This document shows positions 61,075-64,000 of a stretch of 64,000 bases of DNA, piece after piece. The stretch comes from Vampirovibrionales bacterium (GTDB lineage: Bacteria; Cyanobacteriota; Vampirovibrionia; Vampirovibrionales; Vampirovibrionaceae), in the NCBI GenBank assembly GCA_035285165.1, contig JAYKHP010000018.1, forward strand, positions 145,486 through 209,485. The letters run 5' to 3'. The first letter of the stretch is position 1. Every line of letters begins with the position of its first letter. The position numbers and the translations under genes are program-made. The notes under the pieces were generated by a model, which was not told the DNA's origin, searched no databases, and saw only the letters and a list, made by a program, of their open reading frames with translations.

Positions 61075-61869
61075 TCACAGCTTGGCGGCTTTCACCAGCT
61101 TGTTGGCTGTACGAAAGGTCAGCAGCGTTAAAAGCGCACGCGCCATCCAACTGAAAATGAGCAACGGCGTTCGGATCAGAGGGATAGGCGTTCGGCCAAT
61201 TTTACGGAATGCCTTGCTCTTCCAGTTCCCCTGGTTGAGGGCCTGGACATGAAAGAACGCTTTGACCATTCTATCCAACCCTTGGCCTTTCTTCAGCCTC
61301 AAGCGGTTTCGCAGGGTTTTTCGCCCCTTGAAAATTTTATTGATTGCCTTGTTGACTTCCTTGCGAAACCGCTTGTAAGGCTCTTCGCCTTTACTTTTCA
61401 AGTCATTTCGATTCGTGTCGTTCCAGATTTTTTGCGCGGCGCCCACGTGCTTGGTGCCCCCGCTCAGCTTGTCATGCTGAACGCTCTTAAGCAGACGCGT
61501 TCCCGCCATTTCCAGCCCTATCAGCCCGATGAAGCTTAAAGGGGCTACAATCAGGGCACAGGGGCCGCTTATAACGCTTAGGGCAAGGGCAATCAAGGGG
61601 CCACCGTAGCGAAAAAAATAACCCAGCATCAACCGCCTGTTTTCCGGGTTGTCAAACCCCAGACCTTTTCTTAGCCCTTGAGGAGAGGCGCCAAAACGGA
61701 CGGAATCCCCTGCTGTCAAATCACTTTGGACAGGCCGGACAGGTTGATGCCCCTGAAGCTTTCCCCCCCCAAACCCCACGGGAGAAGCAGCCGACGCGCC
61801 GTTGGACGGGGTCCGTCTTGATGTGGAAGACGGATAAGAAGAGTCCGGATGTATGAAGAGGGAGGTCAT
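61075..61869 (-). CDS. hypothetical basic membrane protein
   Basis: 264 aa: Ser/Pro/Gly-rich N-terminus, two TM helices, and a lysine/arginine-rich C-terminus. Confidence 0.4.
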   Translation of the reverse strand: MTSLFIHPDSSYPSSTSRRTPSNGASAASPVGFGGGKLQGHQPVRPVQSDLTAGDSVRFGASPQGLRKGLGFDNPENRRLMLGYFFRYGGPLIALALSVISGPCALIVAPLSFIGLIGLEMAGTRLLKSVQHDKLSGGTKHVGAAQKIWNDTNRNDLKSKGEEPYKRFRKEVNKAINKIFKGRKTLRNRLRLKKGQGLDRMVKAFFHVQALNQGNWKSKAFRKIGRTPIPLIRTPLLIFSWMARALLTLLTFRTANKLVKAAKL

Positions 61870-62203
61870 CTGAAACGTTTTTGTTGTTGGTTAGGGAGCA
61901 TCCGCAAAAAGTATAGCAATAACAACAGTCGCCGCTTGCTTAGCGCTAAGTAATGGCCCTGCAAAAATGCTAGCTATAAAAAAGATATACAGCAGGGGGA
62001 TATCTCAAGCCATGGGGACAAAAGCGCCTGAAGCCTTTTTTGTGCGCGGATTGGCGTCTTTTCCACATTTGAAGGCTAATTGAAGATCAAGGCGCTTCTT
62101 CCAAAAAAGCCACACACCAGAGAGTCTATATACGAAGCGCACGGATCGCCTATAATAAAAAGCAAATGAGAGTTGAGTGTTTTCACTTGGAATAAGGGTT
62201 ATC

Positions 62204-64000
62204 ATGACATTTCTAAAGGCCTTCCGCACGGAATTGATCTTGCTTCTCTGCCTGGCAGGCCTCTACAGCATTTTTATCTCCCTCTATGAACTGAACACCT
62301 ATACGGAACTGCCCCTCTTTGAAAGCGCCCGTCAACTCCTGGCTGGCGAGGCATGGGAAATCCCCAGCATCGACTCGGGCAATTTCAGCCCCTTGATGGT
62401 CGGCATTCTGACGGTTGCCTTCAAGTTTTTCGGGGTCAGTATCGCAACGGCCAGAATCCCGGCGATTATTCTCACCGCGGCCGGACTTTTATTGACCTAT
62501 ATCACCTGCATGGTGACCATTAAAAGCCGTACCACGGCGCTTCTTTCCACGGCAACGCTCGGCACCTCGCTCGGCTTTTTCGGCCTGGCGCCGCTTTCAG
62601 GCTCGGGGATTTTGCTAACGGATGTCATCCTGCTTTCCATTATCAGCGTTCAGGTCTGGATTAACCGTCTGGATCGCAGGAAGCCCCAGCCGGAAGAAAT
62701 CCGAAACGCCTGCTGGTTTATCGGGCTTTCCTGCGGATTGCTTTTTGTAACCCAAGGCTGGCTGGCATGGCTCTGGGTGGGGGCTGCGATCGCCATTTAT
62801 CTGCTGAACACCCAAATGCCCCGGATGACCAACGCCTGGCACTGGCAAGGCTTTACGCTCGGGCTTGCGCTTCCCATTACAACGTGGGTGCTTTGTCTTT
62901 TTCTTCTGCCCCTGATGCTCGATATCCCCGCCTCTCCCATCCTGGGGTGGCAGGGCTTATGGAAATTCCTGCTCACCTCGGGTATTGGAAGTTTTTCCCT
63001 TTTCCAGAACAACATTCTCTTGCAGCTTGCCACGTTGCTGCTTGGCATGATGCCCTACCTGTTTTTCGTGGGCGGTTTTGGCAACGAGCTTCTCTGGCAT
63101 CGCCGCACTGCAGGGCCTTCGCATATGGGAAAAGACTCCTTAATTCTTTTTGCCGCCCTGCTTTTTGTTTCCCTGCTTCTGGCATGGGCGTTCTCTCCTG
63201 CCAACAGCTTGACGCTGTTGCTGCCTGCCATGATCCCCCTGGCCTGTTTTGCAGGCTCTTACGCCGCCCGTTTCTTTGACGGGGAAGAAGCGACTGACGC
63301 GTATAACTGGAGCGTGGAACTGACGATTATCACCGTGGGACTCGCCGCGGTTTTGATGACGATTTTTCTGTTCAATATCCTCAGCGAACTCCACCCCGTG
63401 GGCTTCTGGCGCTTTCCGGGGCCGGTGGTCATTGAAAAACTCCACGTCATCAAGGATATTCCCCTGGATCCACCTTTCCCTGTCTGGAAGCTTTGGCTAA
63501 CGCCCGGCCCGTTCATTTTACTGCTTATGGCAATCGTTCTGTACGCCCTGCATACCATGCGCAGAACCCGGCAACTGGGCATCATGATGATGGTGCTGTG
63601 GCTGGTCTTCCTGGTTTTTATGAAGCTGCTCTTTGTGCCGGTACTTCAGCGGCCGGTCCACCGGCAAAACGCGCTCAAAATCGAAGAAGCCATTTTCCCC
63701 AACAAACATGTGGCCAAACGCCTGGCCGCTTTTTCCGAGAAGGATATCCAACCCACCATCCGTCCGGCAACGATTTGGCTTGACGGCAGCGACGCCGATT
63801 TATTGCCCATGTTGTTTTACCTCAACCTGAAACAGAACCACCCGGCAAAAAAAGGCAAGGCCAAAAACCCGACCTATCATCCACCGGTTTATATCAGCCG
63901 CGAGCATCCGCTGGCTGATTTGTCACAGTGGATTTTACAACCCCGCTACAAGCGGCTTGTGGGCGTGATGAGCGAACAACAGTATTACGCCCTGCCGCCA
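62204..64000 (+). CDS. large polytopic membrane protein, probable GT-C-type glycosyltransferase (partial; continues beyond window end)
   Basis: Not in the ORF track because there is no stop before the window end. Manual translation from the ATG at 62204 (MTFLKAFRTELILLLCLAGLYSIF...) gives an uninterrupted reading frame of at least 599 codons with more than 12 hydrophobic helices. Confidence 0.55.
   Translation, partial: MTFLKAFRTELILLLCLAGLYSIFISLYELNTYTELPLFESARQLLAGEAWEIPSIDSGNFSPLMVGILTVAFKFFGVSIATARIPAIILTAAGLLLTYITCMVTIKSRTTALLSTATLGTSLGFFGLAPLSGSGILLTDVILLSIISVQVWINRLDRRKPQPEEIRNACWFIGLSCGLLFVTQGWLAWLWVGAAIAIYLLNTQMPRMTNAWHWQGFTLGLALPITTWVLCLFLLPLMLDIPASPILGWQGLWKFLLTSGIGSFSLFQNNILLQLATLLLGMMPYLFFVGGFGNELLWHRRTAGPSHMGKDSLILFAALLFVSLLLAWAFSPANSLTLLLPAMIPLACFAGSYAARFFDGEEATDAYNWSVELTIITVGLAAVLMTIFLFNILSELHPVGFWRFPGPVVIEKLHVIKDIPLDPPFPVWKLWLTPGPFILLLMAIVLYALHTMRRTRQLGIMMMVLWLVFLVFMKLLFVPVLQRPVHRQNALKIEEAIFPNKHVAKRLAAFSEKDIQPTIRPATIWLDGSDADLLPMLFYLNLKQNHPAKKGKAKNPTYHPPVYISREHPLADLSQWILQPRYKRLVGVMSEQQYYALPP

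Overview
Bacterial chromosomal window, about 55% GC by eye with AT-richer patches, and densely coding on both strands. No rRNA genes or CRISPR arrays were found. Coding density falls in the hypothetical-rich and large ORF-less stretches near 38.1-39.1, 53.4-56.1 and 56.1-57.0 kb.

Recognisable content in order:
- 3' part of NAD-dependent DNA ligase ligA (minus strand, runs off the window start).
- tRNA-Ser(GGA), followed by an AT-rich islet: a secreted protein with two TonB C-terminal-like domains plus a higB/higA toxin-antitoxin pair, sitting next to a CPBP (CAAX) intramembrane protease gene whose 3' end has a diverged duplicate remnant.
- Cu/Zn superoxide dismutase, type II NADH dehydrogenase, and several secreted low-complexity proteins.
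- A treZ-treY-glgX(treX) trehalose-from-glycogen operon.
- A roughly 15 kb Wzx/Wzy-dependent exopolysaccharide locus: priming sugar transferase, Wza, Wzz/PCP, Wzy-like, Wzx, hexapeptide acetyltransferase, three tandem paralogous GT4 glycosyltransferases, a clan GH-A hydrolase and a CE4 deacetylase.
- sseA, typA/bipA and comEC (no metallo-beta-lactamase domain).
- A 1 kb ORF-less region with an orphan intrinsic terminator, then an SLH-domain cell-envelope protein.
- A 1142-aa double-zinc-ribbon + STAND/AAA_16 ATPase + TPR protein.
- ylqD-rimM, a degenerate FAD-oxidoreductase-like gene, and tRNA-Cys(GCA) next to an autoinhibited class II Fic protein.
- etfBA, dxr, a protein with near-perfect 48-bp tandem coding repeats, crcB (fluoride channel), two GT-C/ArnT-like membrane glycosyltransferases (the second runs off the window end, is absent from the ORF track and was found by manual translation), a TIGR02466-like putative 2OG-Fe oxygenase, and DUF420.

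Gene content (SLH + Wza, YlqD, DUF420, ETF, type II NDH, no photosynthesis genes) loosely suggests a diderm SLH-bearing lineage such as non-photosynthetic Cyanobacteria relatives (Melainabacteria/Vampirovibrionia); this is speculation.

The most unusual items are the DZR-STAND-TPR protein, the tRNA-Ser-linked TA/TonB_C islet inserted at a CPBP gene, the triplicated GT4 block with an internal terminator and promoter, the tandem-repeat protein, and the ORF-less region with an orphan terminator upstream of the SLH gene.
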